A DNA stretch of 64,000 bases from contig SVRF01000005.1 of assembly GCA_015064945.1 (NCBI GenBank), forward strand, positions 4,428-68,427, in the 5' to 3' direction. This document shows, one piece after another, positions 52,401-64,000 of the stretch. A program made the translations under genes and the position numbers. Position 1 is the first letter of the stretch; every line of letters starts with the position of its first letter. The notes beneath the pieces are model-generated. The model was not told where the DNA came from. It was given only the letters and a program-made list of their open reading frames with translations, and searched no databases. The DNA comes from Oscillospiraceae bacterium (GTDB taxonomy: Bacteria > Bacillota > Clostridia > Oscillospirales > CAG-382).

Positions 52401-53627
52401 CTACGGGCTTACTGCTGCAAAGGGCCGAGTACAATGGGACACAAAGCCTCTGCCGCAAAGACTGGCAGGTAACAGGGCATTGTTGCCGTACCTGTCGCAT
52501 ACCGCATCCATCACCCTGTTAAGGGCACTCTTTTTTTCGCCCCGATTGGGGTCGCTAAAGAAATCCGTTTGAGCAGGTGCACGCACATCGCTAAGCCCTA
52601 TGGCGGTAACAGTAAGAGAGCGCAAGGGCAAGGGCGCCCCTGCCCTGTCCGCAAACAAGGCGTAAGCGGCGGCGGCAATATCGCCGCTGTCATCGCTTGC
52701 CCGCTCAAGGGGTACCTGATATTGCTTTATTGCCAGATTTGTATCTCTTAGCGAAAGGCTTACGCCGCGGCAGACAAGACCGTAAGCCCTAAGCCTTCTG
52801 CCCACCTCCAAGGACAGCCACAGTATAAAGTCATGCACCTCCTCATCGGTTTTAAGATCCGCGGGCGGTGTCATACCGTTACCCACGCTTTTAACGGGCG
52901 GACGTTCTTCCTCGCTTAACACGGGAGAGTAGTCCAAGCCGTTGGCATAGACCCACAGGGTATGTCCCGTTTTACCCAAAGCACTCCTTAAAAAATCGGG
53001 ACTGCACTGTGCCAAAGCTCCCACAGTATTTATGCCGTACTTTCTGAGGGCGGCAGCGGTAGACCGCCCTACCCCGAAAAGGGCGTTTACAGGCAGGGGA
53101 AAAATCTTTTTCTTATAGTTTTGTGGGCTTATAAGGGTAACGGCGTCGGGCTTTTTAAGGTCAGAGCCAAGCTTTGCAAAAATCTTATTGAAGGATACCC
53201 CTACACTTACCGTTATATCCAGCTCCCTCTTGACCTGCTCTTTAAGAGTCTCTGCCACAAAGACCCCGTCCTTAAAGGTCTTTATGCCCGTGCTCAGGTC
53301 AAGCCAACACTCATCCAACCCGAAAGGCTCTACCTTAAAGGCATAGTCGTTATATATGCGGCGTAACTCCTTGGAATAATTAGCATACATATCATAATGG
53401 GGCTTGACTGTTATAAGCTCCGGCAGGCACTTCTTTGCCTCTGCCACGGTCATCCCCGTTCTTACACCTGCACGCCGAGCCTTTATGCTTTGCGCCAGCA
53501 CTATGCCGTGTCGCTCCTCTACCGCACCACAAACCGCCACCGCTTTATCTTTTAACGACGGGTCAAGCGCCGCCTCCACCGATGCAAAAAAGCTGTTTGC
53601 ATCGGAATGTAATATCACTCTTTCCAT
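52401..53627 (-). CDS. dinB: DNA polymerase IV (Y-family)
   Basis: ATG 53627 (MERVILHSDANSFFASVE) after GGTGAGG. Typical Y-family N-terminus and length. Confidence 0.88.
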   Translation of the reverse strand: MERVILHSDANSFFASVEAALDPSLKDKAVAVCGAVEERHGIVLAQSIKARRAGVRTGMTVAEAKKCLPELITVKPHYDMYANYSKELRRIYNDYAFKVEPFGLDECWLDLSTGIKTFKDGVFVAETLKEQVKRELDITVSVGVSFNKIFAKLGSDLKKPDAVTLISPQNYKKKIFPLPVNALFGVGRSTAAALRKYGINTVGALAQCSPDFLRSALGKTGHTLWVYANGLDYSPVLSEEERPPVKSVGNGMTPPADLKTDEEVHDFILWLSLEVGRRLRAYGLVCRGVSLSLRDTNLAIKQYQVPLERASDDSGDIAAAAYALFADRAGAPLPLRSLTVTAIGLSDVRAPAQTDFFSDPNRGEKKSALNRVMDAVCDRYGNNALLPASLCGRGFVSHCTRPFAAVSP

Positions 53628-53635
53628 AGCCTCAC

Positions 53636-53688
53636 CAAACATTTGTTCTAGCAAAAGCATTATACACCTACGAACAAATGTTTGTCAA
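53636..53688 (-). promoter_or_regulatory. dinB promoter with two LexA (Cheo-type) boxes
   Basis: On the minus strand: TTGACA (53688-53683), 18 nt, TATAAT (53664-53659). cGAACaaatGTTTg at 53671-53684 lies in the spacer. A second aGAACaaatGTTTg on the minus strand at 53636-53649 lies in the leader. Confidence 0.7.
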
Positions 53689-53710
53689 GTGCTTTTTTGT
53701 TTTAAAATTA

Positions 53711-53739
53711 TTGACTTTTAAAAAACATGGTGATATACT
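53711..53739 (+). promoter_or_regulatory. sigma-A promoter of comFC (and possibly atp)
   Basis: TTGACT, 17 nt, TATACT, with TG extension (TGATATACT). Confidence 0.6.
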
Positions 53740-53764
53740 GTCTTCTATATAAAAGGTGAACAAT

Positions 53765-54517
53765 GTGAATAGTATAAAAACGGCGTTTAAATTGCTTGCA
53801 AAGCACGTTCCGCGCTGTTTGGTATGCCGCAACGCTGTAACGTCGGCAGGCTATCCCCTATGCGAAAACTGCAGCAGCTTTTACAGCAAGCTTATAAGCA
53901 CAGACTGTAAAGAATGCGGTAAACCCGTCAGGGACTGCAACTGTGTAGAGGTAACGCCTTGTCTGAAGTTTTACAGACTTTTTGAATACGAGGGCGACAC
54001 CGCAAAGGACATAATATACCGACTTAAGCGAGCAGCTTCACCTGTAGATTTCATCTTTATATCACGTAGGCTTAAGGAGCGTATACAATACACGTCGGGC
54101 AATATTAATTTTGACTGCGTTTGCTATGTGCCACGCAACAAAAAGGGGATAGCAAAATACGGCTATGACCACGCAAAGCTTTTAGGTGATGCATTGGCAA
54201 AGCGGTTTGGCATACCCTGTATAGCATTACTTGCCCACACCGGCGCAAAGGGCGAGCAAAAACGTCTTAGCAGGATGTACCGCGGCTTTGCGGCGAAAAC
54301 AAGGTTTGAGGTGAACAGTTCTGCTCTGCAGAACGGTAAGCTGCCGTATAAGCGTATACTGTTGGCAGATGATATAGTTACAACAGGTAACACTATGGGC
54401 GAATGTGCCCGTATACTTAAAACCTGCGGTGCAAGGCAGGTGTTTGGCGTTGCCATAGGGCACACTCCAAGCAGAGACAAAAACAGGAGGAAAAGCGAAG
54501 ATGGGAGAAGCTTCTGA
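53765..54517 (+). CDS. comFC: ComF-family phosphoribosyltransferase-domain protein
   Basis: Zn-finger-like CLVCRN..CENC and PRT motif ILLADDIVTTGNT. GTG 53765 is correctly spaced from AAGGTG, whereas the track start (GTG 53756) overlaps the SD. Confidence 0.75.
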   Translation: MNSIKTAFKLLAKHVPRCLVCRNAVTSAGYPLCENCSSFYSKLISTDCKECGKPVRDCNCVEVTPCLKFYRLFEYEGDTAKDIIYRLKRAASPVDFIFISRRLKERIQYTSGNINFDCVCYVPRNKKGIAKYGYDHAKLLGDALAKRFGIPCIALLAHTGAKGEQKRLSRMYRGFAAKTRFEVNSSALQNGKLPYKRILLADDIVTTGNTMGECARILKTCGARQVFGVAIGHTPSRDKNRRKSEDGRSF

Positions 54518-55175
54518 AGTTCTGTTTACGCTTTTGGGGCTGGACGTTACAGCCGAAGTAATTACAATGTGGGGCATTATTGCACTTATTGCCGTAATAA
54601 GCCTTATTGCCACCCATAATATGAAGGAACGCCCGAGGGGGTTCCAAAACCTTATTGAAACAGGCGTGGAATACCTGCTGAACTTTTTCGGCGGTATTCT
54701 GGGCGAAAAAAGGTGCAGAAGGTATTTTCCTTTTCTTGCCACCCTGTTTGTTTTTATAATCTTTTCAAACTACTCGGGGCTTATACCCGGCGCAGGGATA
54801 TTCCGTGGTTTTAAGGCGCCTACATCATCACTTTCCGTTACCTTGGGCTTAGGTGTGGTATCCTTTGCCGCCTTACAGTACTACTCCTTCAGAATAGGCG
54901 CACGTCACTATTTCAAGCGCTTTGTATCCCCTGTGGCGTTTATGTTGCCGCTTTTGATTTTGGACGAGTTTATTAAGCCTGCTTCCCTTGCCTTGCGTTT
55001 GTTCGGCAACATCTTCGGGGAGGAGACCGTAACCGAAGAGCTTTACGGACTTTTGCCCATAATTGCGCCTATGCTTATGATGGGACTGTCACTGCTGTTT
55101 TGCGGTATACAGGCAGTGGTGTTTACAATGCTTACCGCTATTTATCTTGAAGAAGCTACAGAGATTGAAGAATAA
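54501..55175 (+). CDS. atpB: F0F1 ATP synthase subunit a
   Basis: Multi-TM protein with the essential-Arg motif LALRLFGNIFGEE. Confidence 0.88.
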   Translation: MGEASEVLFTLLGLDVTAEVITMWGIIALIAVISLIATHNMKERPRGFQNLIETGVEYLLNFFGGILGEKRCRRYFPFLATLFVFIIFSNYSGLIPGAGIFRGFKAPTSSLSVTLGLGVVSFAALQYYSFRIGARHYFKRFVSPVAFMLPLLILDEFIKPASLALRLFGNIFGEETVTEELYGLLPIIAPMLMMGLSLLFCGIQAVVFTMLTAIYLEEATEIEE

Positions 55176-55190
55176 AGGAGATTTACATTT

Positions 55191-55421
55191 ATGGAAAACG
55201 CACTTATCGCTATCGCTGCCGCTATTGCTATTGCAATAAGCACAATTTGCCCCGCTATCGCACAGGGTAAGACTGCATCCAAAGCTATGGAAAGCATTGC
55301 CAGACAGCCTGATGCGGCAAAGGACATCCGTTCTACCCTTATTATATCCATGGCTCTTATAGAAGCGCTTACCATCTACGGCCTGCTTGTAGCTTTTATG
55401 CTTGTAAACAAGGTACAGTAA
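55191..55421 (+). CDS. atpE: F0F1 ATP synthase subunit c
   Basis: 76-aa helical hairpin with the ARQP loop; carboxylate in [11 protein letters not shown]. Confidence 0.9.
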   Translation: MENALIAIAAAIAIAISTICPAIAQGKTASKAMESIARQPDAAKDIRSTLIISMALIEALTIYGLLVAFMLVNKVQ

Positions 55422-55425
55422 GACT

Positions 55426-55851
55426 ATGACTGTACAACTTTCTGTTGTTATATGGACAATAATTAATTTTGTCCTGCTTTACTTGGTGCTTAATTTTCTG
55501 TTGTTTAAGCCTATGCTTAAATTTATGGACGAGAGAAACGCCAAAATAGAGCAGGGCAAGACTGCTGTTGCCAAAAAGCAAGCGATGCTCAGAGCCAAGG
55601 AGGAGGAAAAAGCCGCCTTTATTGCCTCGAAGGATCGCCTGCTTAAGGAAAAGGTGGAGGACGGTGTTGCCGCCGCAAAGGAAGAATGCCGCAAGGCCCG
55701 TCTTGATGCCGAAAAGCAACAAGCTGACGCTGTTGCCAAGGAAACTGCCGCGCTCAAAGAGGACGAGGCGGCACTTAAGGAGACCTTGGGTAAAGCCTTG
55801 CCCGCTTTGTCTGACAAGGTAGTACAAAGTCTTTTGGAAAAGGGGCTTTAA
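55426..55851 (+). CDS. atpF: F0F1 ATP synthase subunit b
   Basis: N-terminal TM helix followed by a long Ala/Lys/Glu-rich helix. Confidence 0.8.
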   Translation: MTVQLSVVIWTIINFVLLYLVLNFLLFKPMLKFMDERNAKIEQGKTAVAKKQAMLRAKEEEKAAFIASKDRLLKEKVEDGVAAAKEECRKARLDAEKQQADAVAKETAALKEDEAALKETLGKALPALSDKVVQSLLEKGL

Positions 55852-55854
55852 TCT

Positions 55855-58093
55855 ATGGAGCATTTTATTTATGCGCTTATAAATTTTGCTCTTCTTGCGG
55901 CAATTGTGTATTTTGCCGGAAGAAAGATAATTTTGCGCATTTTTAAGGAAAGAAGAGAGCGTATAGAGTCCGCACTTGATCAGGCAGAAACGGCACTTAA
56001 CAGCACTGAAACAGCTACGGAAGACAATTATATTGCCGACGCCGAAGCGGAACTGGAAGAGGAAGCAAAGCGCATTATTGCGGACAGAAGCGCCGAGATG
56101 GTAACGGAAAACAGCCAAAACCTTGAAAGGCACAAGCAGCTTTTGGCTTCCGAGGCAGAGTCTATGCGCAAGGATGTTTTGGACAAAAGCCGTGACCTTA
56201 CGCTGGAAGCCTTGCATTGTCAGGTTATTGCTCTTATGTCCGAAAAAAGCATAGCCGCAGAGTTCAGAAAGCACGAAAAAGCTATACTTGAAAAGATCCT
56301 TGACAGAATATGTCTTACCCCCGGCGACCGTTCTTATCTGGTGCATCACGATGTGCTTTACGTAACCCTTACCTCGGCTTTCCCCTTGGAAGAGGAGCTT
56401 GTCAAGCGGGTTGAAGATAAAGTAACAAAAATGCTTGACGAAGTAAACGGCAAGCCTTCCCTTTGGGTTCTTACCGACGAAAACTGCATCGGCGGCTTGA
56501 AGCTTAGAATAGGTGATACCGTTTACGACGGCACTGTTTCCAACAGCCTTGAGCAGATGGTTAAAAAGCTTAAAGACTATCCCTTGGACAGTGCAGATAC
56601 CGTTGCCTCGGTGGAAGAAAAGCTTATGGAAGGGCTTAGCAACTACGCCCCCGCCATTGATAAATATCAGCTGGGCAGGGTTGTAAGTATATCCGACGGT
56701 ATATGCTGGCTGGACGGTCTTGCAGACATTATGTACGGCGAAATCGTAGAGTTTGAAGGCGGCACCGAGGGTATGATACAGGATATCGAGCCCGGCAGAA
56801 TAGGCTGTGTAATCTTTGACAAATACGAGTATATAGAAAGCGGTACCCGTGTGCGCCGTGTAGGTAAAATGGCAAGCGTGCCGGTAGGTGACAAGCTTTT
56901 GGGCAGGGTTGTTGACCCCTTGGGCAAACCCATTGACGGGCTTGGCACTATCTGGGCAGAGGAAACACGCCCCATTGAATTTAAAGCGCCCGGTATTACC
57001 GCCCGTAAATCCGTTTGTGCGCCTATGCACACGGGCATTAAGGCTATTGATGCCCTTATACCCATAGGTAAAGGACAGAGAGAGCTTATTATAGGTGACA
57101 GGCAGACGGGTAAGACCGCCATAGCTTTGGACGCCATCATCAACCAAAAGGGCAAAAACACCGTATGCATCTACGTTGCCATAGGTCAAAAGGATACCAC
57201 GGTAGCAGAGATATACGAAAAGCTTAAGGCGGAAGGCGCTATGAGCTACACCACCATTATCTGCGCCAACGCTTCCTGCTCTGCTTCCATACAGTATATA
57301 GCACCTTTTTCCGGCACCGCTATGGGTGAGTATTTTATGTACGCAGGCAAGGATGTGCTTATCGTTTATGACGACCTTTCCAAGCACGCAGTAGCTTACA
57401 GAGAACTATCTCTGCTTCTGCACAGGCCCTCCGGCAGAGAAGCTTATCCCGGCGACGTGTTCTACCTGCACTCCCGCTTGTTGGAGCGCAGCGCAAGGCT
57501 TGCCGACGAGCTTGGCGGCGGCTCTATGACAGCGCTTCCGATTATAGAGACCCAATCAGGTGACATATCCGCATATATCCCCACCAACGCCATATCCATT
57601 ACAGACGGTCAGATATTCTTGGAGACCGATCTGTTTAACGAGGGTCAGCGCCCTGCAATAAACGTTGGGCTTTCCGTATCCCGTGTGGGCGGTGCGGCGC
57701 AGACGAAGCTTATGAAGCAGGTGTCGGGCAACCTTAGAATGATACTTGCCCAATACAGAGAGCTTTCTACCTTCGCCCAGTTCGGCGCAGACGTGGACGA
57801 CAGCACCAAGGCAGCTCTTATCAGTGGTGAACGGATGATGGCGGCGCTTAAACAGCCCCGTTACGCTCCCCTTACCGACGGCGAGACCGCTCTTGTACTG
57901 TTTGCCGTAAGCGAGGGCTTTGCAAAAAATGTAGAGCTTGCAAGAATGGCAGAGTTTGAAAAAGAGCTTATAAAAGAGTTTAAGGACCGCAAGCAAGCCA
58001 CTATGGCAATGCTTAACCGCGGCGACAAGCTTGACGACAGGCAAAAAGAAGAACTTAAGGCAGAAATAGACGAGTTTGCAAAGAGGTTTGTAT

Positions 58094-58110
<17 letters not shown>
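55855..58110 (+). CDS. atpA: in-frame fusion: b'-like TM/coiled-coil + delta (OSCP) C-terminal domain + complete alpha subunit
   Basis: Residues 1-~140 are b-like (MEHFIYALINFALLAAIVYF plus a charged helix). Residues ~150-240 are delta-like (..WVLTDENCIGGLKLRIGDTVYDGTVSNSLEQMVKKL). The alpha part runs from ~246 (..SNYAPAIDKYQLGRVVSISDG, Walker A GDRQTGKT). Codons 56461-56700 were read by hand and contain no stop. Confidence 0.8.
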
Positions 58111-60565
<2,455 letters not shown>

Positions 60566-60573
60566 CAAGAAAA

Positions 60574-60589
60574 CAATCACCCCAAGAAG
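60574..60589. repeat. partial copy (left arm only) of the terminator-associated repeat
   Basis: caatcaccccaagaag runs directly into the atp terminator hairpin. Confidence 0.5.
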
Positions 60590-60618
60590 GGATTATCTTA
60601 AAAAGGATAATCCCTTTT
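60589..60618 (+). terminator. rho-independent terminator of the atp operon
   Basis: gggattatc ttaaaaag gataatccc followed by TTTT. Confidence 0.8.
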
Positions 60619-60631
60619 CTATTGGGCGGAC

Positions 60632-60660
60632 TTGACAAAGCCCCCATAAAGTTATATAAT
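60632..60660 (+). promoter_or_regulatory. consensus sigma-A promoter
   Basis: TTGACA, 17 nt, TATAAT. Confidence 0.75.
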
Positions 60661-60715
60661 GATGCTGTGCGCTTATATCTGTGCGCACGTTTATACCGAA
60701 AGGAGATAAATTACT

Positions 60716-60898
60716 ATGAAAAAAGCTTTGTCTTTAATTCTTGCCTTTATAACCTCTATGTTTTTTACCCTTCAGGCGGCGGCTGTTGAAGGCGCTACTC
60801 CTGCAACAGGCGAAAGCGGCCCTTGGCTTTGGATCGTGCTTGCAGTGGTTGCCGTTGTATTGGTTGGCGTTATTTTTACAACCGGTAAAAAGAGATAA
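60716..60898 (+). CDS. 60-aa secreted/anchored mini-protein
   Basis: AAAGGAG SD. Signal peptide MKKALSLILAFITSMFFTLQAAA, short segment VEGATPATGESGP, then a TM helix and a KKR tail. Confidence 0.65.
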   Translation: MKKALSLILAFITSMFFTLQAAAVEGATPATGESGPWLWIVLAVVAVVLVGVIFTTGKKR

Positions 60899-60948
60899 AG
60901 ATTTGTCCCCCCCTGTCCCGCACATAACAAGGAACAAGGAGATCTAAT

Positions 60949-61821
60949 ATGAAAAAGATTACTAAAGCCGTTATCCCTGCCGCGGGGCTCGGCACCCGTA
61001 TGCTTCCGGTTTCCAAGGGTATACCTAAGGAGATGTTGCCCATTGTGGACAAGCCTTGTATACACCATTTGGTTGAGGAAGCGGCGGCATCCGGCATTAC
61101 CGATATACTTATAATTACAGGCCGCGGTAAGGAGTCTATTGAGGATTACTTTGACTACAACCTGGAATATAATAATAAGCTTCTCTCCTCCGGTAAGGAG
61201 CATTTGATGCATGAGCTTAACGCTATTGCCGACTTGGCAAATATAAACTTCCTGCGTCAGAAGGAAGCAAAGGGCTTGGGACACGCCGTATACTGTGCCA
61301 AAAGCTTTATAGGGGACGAACCCTTTGCGGTGCTTTACGGAGATGACGTTATAATTTCAGAAACGCCCGTTGTTAAACAGCTTACCGACGTGTACTACAA
61401 GTACGGCTTGGGCGTTGCAGGCGTTAAAAGCGTAACCAAGGAGCAGATCGTTAAATATTGCTCCCTTAAGGTGGATCACCTTGAAGGTAACACCTACAAG
61501 GTTAGCGATATGATAGAAAAACCCTCGCCCGATAAGATATTCTCTTTGCTTTCCATATTGGGCCGTGTTGTACTGCCCCCCGAGATATTCAGCATTTTGG
61601 AGCATACGCCCAGAGGCGCAGGTAATGAGATACAGCTTACCGACGCTATGAGGGAACTGGCGGTAACAAAAGGTATGACCGCTTGCGAATTTGAAGGCAA
61701 GCGCTACGATATGGGCTCTAAGCTTGGTCTTTTGATGGCGAATGTAGAGCAAGGTCTTAAGCACCCCGAAACAGGTGAGGCTTTCCGTGAATTTTTGAAG
61801 GAGCTTGCACCCAATTTATAA
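60949..61821 (+). CDS. galU: UTP--glucose-1-phosphate uridylyltransferase
   Basis: KAVIPAAGLGTRMLPVSKGIPKEMLPIVDKP N-terminal signature. Confidence 0.92.
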   Translation: MKKITKAVIPAAGLGTRMLPVSKGIPKEMLPIVDKPCIHHLVEEAAASGITDILIITGRGKESIEDYFDYNLEYNNKLLSSGKEHLMHELNAIADLANINFLRQKEAKGLGHAVYCAKSFIGDEPFAVLYGDDVIISETPVVKQLTDVYYKYGLGVAGVKSVTKEQIVKYCSLKVDHLEGNTYKVSDMIEKPSPDKIFSLLSILGRVVLPPEIFSILEHTPRGAGNEIQLTDAMRELAVTKGMTACEFEGKRYDMGSKLGLLMANVEQGLKHPETGEAFREFLKELAPNL

Positions 61822-61833
61822 GGAGCTGTTGTT

Positions 61834-62319
61834 ATGAGCAGAATAAGTAAGGCGAATTATTATCTTGAGATAGCAAAGACCGTTGCAATGCGCGGTACCT
61901 GTTTGCGCCGCAAGTTCGGTGCAATTATAGTTAAGGACGACGTTATTGTGTCCACAGGCTATGCAGGCGCACCCAGAGGCCGTGTTAACTGCTGTGACCT
62001 TAACTTTTGCCTTAGAGACAAAATGAACATCCCCCGCGGTGAAAGGTACGAGCTTTGCCGCTCTGTCCACGCGGAAGCAAATGCTATTATTGCCGCATCC
62101 CGCGACAGGATGCTTGGCGCAACTCTTTACCTTGCCTGCGTTGACCCCAAAACGGGCGAGTCTGTTGGCGGTACCTGCTGTTGTCAGATGTGCAAGCGTC
62201 TTGTTATTAACGCAGGGATAGAAAAGGTTGTCGTGCTGGAAGACGGCGGCAATTACAGCGTTTACGAGGTAAGCAGTTGGATAGAAGATGACGACAGTTT
62301 GGGCAAGATAGGTTATTAA
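61834..62319 (+). CDS. dCMP deaminase-family zinc deaminase (ComEB-like)
   Basis: HAEANAI and C..CCQMCKRLVINAGI zinc-binding motifs. Confidence 0.85.
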   Translation: MSRISKANYYLEIAKTVAMRGTCLRRKFGAIIVKDDVIVSTGYAGAPRGRVNCCDLNFCLRDKMNIPRGERYELCRSVHAEANAIIAASRDRMLGATLYLACVDPKTGESVGGTCCCQMCKRLVINAGIEKVVVLEDGGNYSVYEVSSWIEDDDSLGKIGY

Positions 62320-62327
62320 AGGATTAT

Positions 62328-63062
62328 ATGAGCGTAAATAAAAGCACAAAAAAAGGCGGCGGCAGGCTTAAGGAAGCACTTGGTATCCTCGGCGTGCTTG
62401 TTGCCGCATTCGGCATAATATACGGCATTCTGAATATACCAAGCTGTGAAAGGGAAGAACCGCCCCACAAGGCGGAAAAGGTTTGGGCGAAGGTTACGGA
62501 TACGGAAACGGGCATTACTTATATCGAATGTCCCGACGGATACGGGCCCACACAGGTTAATCCCGAAAGAGTGTTTATGGAATGCACCGAGGGCAACAGC
62601 ACCCTTAAGTTTTACGAGATACGTGATACGGATACTTCAAGGTTTATTGCCCTTAAAGAGGTAAACGGCTACACCGTATACAGGGCGGAGTCTGTTACTG
62701 CACCAAGTATAAGAAGCTTTACAACCGGCACGGCAAGGCTGTATATGGCAGGAGCAACCGTCCCCATTGACTATTTTTATACCAAGGAAGCCGCAGGCGG
62801 CGATGCAGAGCTTGACGGGACTGCCTACATCAATATGGTAGTGGATGCCTTCAGCGGCGGCGGAGTAAGCAGCGCCACCGGCGACTGGGGCGAAAAGAAT
62901 AACTTTTCTATATGGCTTACTTCCAAGGATTTCCCCGGACTTTACTACAAGGTAGAGTTTAAGGTTGACGTAAACGGTGCCGCATATTTGTATGACAGAG
63001 TTACCGAAAAGCTGGTAAGCGCTCCCAAAGCGCTTGTGGCCAAAATTGTCGGTCCCAATTAA
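62328..63062 (+). CDS. hypothetical membrane-anchored protein (244 aa)
   Basis: N-terminal basic segment followed by one TM helix (ALGILGVLVAAFGIIYGIL). No motif recognised. Confidence 0.6.
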   Translation: MSVNKSTKKGGGRLKEALGILGVLVAAFGIIYGILNIPSCEREEPPHKAEKVWAKVTDTETGITYIECPDGYGPTQVNPERVFMECTEGNSTLKFYEIRDTDTSRFIALKEVNGYTVYRAESVTAPSIRSFTTGTARLYMAGATVPIDYFYTKEAAGGDAELDGTAYINMVVDAFSGGGVSSATGDWGEKNNFSIWLTSKDFPGLYYKVEFKVDVNGAAYLYDRVTEKLVSAPKALVAKIVGPN

Positions 63063-63064
63063 CT

Positions 63065-63508
63065 ATGGAATTCGGAAAAATAAAGGACAAACACATTACC
63101 GCCGCCGCCGAATTGGAGGCGGCGTGTCTTGATACTGCCTGGACTGAGGCGCAGATAAAGGAAGCCGCCGCAAGGGAGGATACCCTGTATCTTTCCGCCA
63201 CGGAGGGAGAGGAGCTTTGTGCCGTAGCAAGCTGTGTTTTTTCTGCCTTTGAGGCGATGATAGAAAACGTGGCTACAGCAGAAGAACACAGGCGCAAAAA
63301 CGCCGCCGCAGGGCTCTTACGGCTTATAGAAGCAGAGGCGGCAAACAGAGGGTTGGAGCAGATAAGCCTTGAGGTGGCAAGCAGAAACGCCGCCGCAATT
63401 GCCCTTTACACAAAAGCGGGCTTTAAAAGGGCAGGTATTAGAAAGGGCTTTTACAGACGTCAGAACGATGACGCTTTGGTTATGATAAAGGAGCTTGATG
63501 CGCAATGA
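63065..63508 (+). CDS. rimI: GNAT acetyltransferase, RimI-like
   Basis: GNAT core (..[23 protein letters not shown]..). ATGA overlap with the tsaD start, which is the classical rimI-tsaD synteny. Confidence 0.7.
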   Translation: MEFGKIKDKHITAAAELEAACLDTAWTEAQIKEAAAREDTLYLSATEGEELCAVASCVFSAFEAMIENVATAEEHRRKNAAAGLLRLIEAEAANRGLEQISLEVASRNAAAIALYTKAGFKRAGIRKGFYRRQNDDALVMIKELDAQ

Positions 63509-64000
63509 GAATTTTAGGCATAGAAAGCAGCTGCGACGAAACCGCTGCCGCAATTGTTGAGGACGGCAGAATGACTCTGTCCTCGGTGGTGGCGTCCCAA
63601 GTAGATATACACGCACTTTACGGCGGCGTTGTGCCGGAGATAGCCTCCAGAGCACATACCGAGGCTCTTTGCACCGTGGTAAACGAAGCGCTTGAAAAAG
63701 CAGGGCTTACCATGGAGGACATAGACGCTGTTGCCGTTACCTACGCACCGGGACTTATAGGCGCATTGCTTACGGGTCTTAGCTTTGCAAAAGGGCTTAG
63801 CTACAGCAGCGGAAAGCCCCTTATACCCGTACATCATATCCGTGGGCATATTGCCGCAAACTACGTGGCGTTTGAGGAGCTGAAGCCGCCCTTTATAGGG
63901 CTTGTTGTAAGCGGCGGACACACCTCTTTGATAAAGGTTAAGGATTATACGGAATTTGAGACCATAGGCGTAACCCGTGACGACGCGGCAGGCGAAGCCT
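63505..64000 (+). CDS. tsaD: tRNA N6-adenosine threonylcarbamoyltransferase, 5' portion (continues beyond the right edge)
   Basis: Not in the ORF track (no stop in the window). [22 protein letters not shown]...[12 protein letters not shown]...HHIRGH is the canonical TsaD N-terminus. Confidence 0.9.
   Translation, partial: MRILGIESSCDETAAAIVEDGRMTLSSVVASQVDIHALYGGVVPEIASRAHTEALCTVVNEALEKAGLTMEDIDAVAVTYAPGLIGALLTGLSFAKGLSYSSGKPLIPVHHIRGHIAANYVAFEELKPPFIGLVVSGGHTSLIKVKDYTEFETIGVTRDDAAGEA

Noticed and set aside
55191-55421. Possible Na+ specificity of the c-subunit
   Set aside because: Gln in helix 1 (AIAQG) and Glu..Tyr in helix 2 (IEALTIY) are present. The Ser/Thr that follows the Glu in Na+-binding c-rings is Ala-Leu here. 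Ion specificity cannot be decided from the sequence alone.
55396-57387. 663-aa minus-strand ORF antisense to atpE/atpF/atpA
   Set aside because: The sense strand encodes unmistakable ATP synthase subunits. The antisense product has no motifs, and no SD or promoter is present.

Overview
This is a 64-kb chromosomal window of about 50% GC by eye. It appears to come from a spore-forming anaerobic Firmicute of the Clostridia. That placement is inferred only from gene content (SCIFF/ScfB pair, CotF-like and GerMN genes, IspH-S1 fusion, cohesin/dockerin modules); no database search was possible. Contents from left to right: (1) a partial SGNH hydrolase, an MBL hydrolase and two CotF-like genes; (2) an ABC exporter pair, two tandem PASTA-GHL10 lipoproteins, an Amidase_3-SH3b protein, an orphan family-5 solute-binding protein and GtrA; (3) an 8.6-kb nine-gene phage-like packaging/head cluster (terS, terL, portal, scaffold, P22-coat-like capsid, four unknowns) with no integrase, lysis, replication or long-tail genes; (4) a GerMN lipoprotein and a seven-tRNA operon (Asp-Gly-Cys-Phe-Thr-Asp-Gly, minus strand); (5) a cohesin/dockerin surface locus: a membrane-anchored cohesin plus three large dockerin proteins carrying a PGRP-type amidase, a phosphodiester glycosidase and an EEP nuclease/LTD/GLUG array; (6) a cytidylate-kinase-like gene, a MATE transporter, an aquaporin and tRNA-Ser(GGA), followed by a low-GC 1.9-kb islet (XRE HTH, membrane protein, small protein); (7) the SCIFF precursor (below the ORF-track cutoff) with its ScfB maturase, a GT2 and a PLP decarboxylase; (8) the ispH-S1 fusion, plsC, cmk, an LRR surface protein, asd, an LMW-PTP and a fourth dockerin protein preceded by a frameshifted dockerin relic; (9) dinB with SOS boxes and comFC; (10) an F-type ATP synthase operon with an in-frame b'-delta-alpha fusion and a short epsilon; (11) galU, dCMP deaminase, rimI and a partial tsaD. 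A roughly 45-nt hairpin repeat (CCCCAAGAAG-N8-CTTCTTGGGG followed by CCGACAAAAAA) recurs at at least 7 intergenic sites and always abuts a terminator hairpin. The best candidates for something new are the tail-poor phage-like cluster, the dockerin-borne set of enzymes that target bacterial envelopes, the terminator-associated repeat family, the tRNA-adjacent islet and the ATP synthase fusion. No rRNA, CRISPR array, transposase or integrase was seen.
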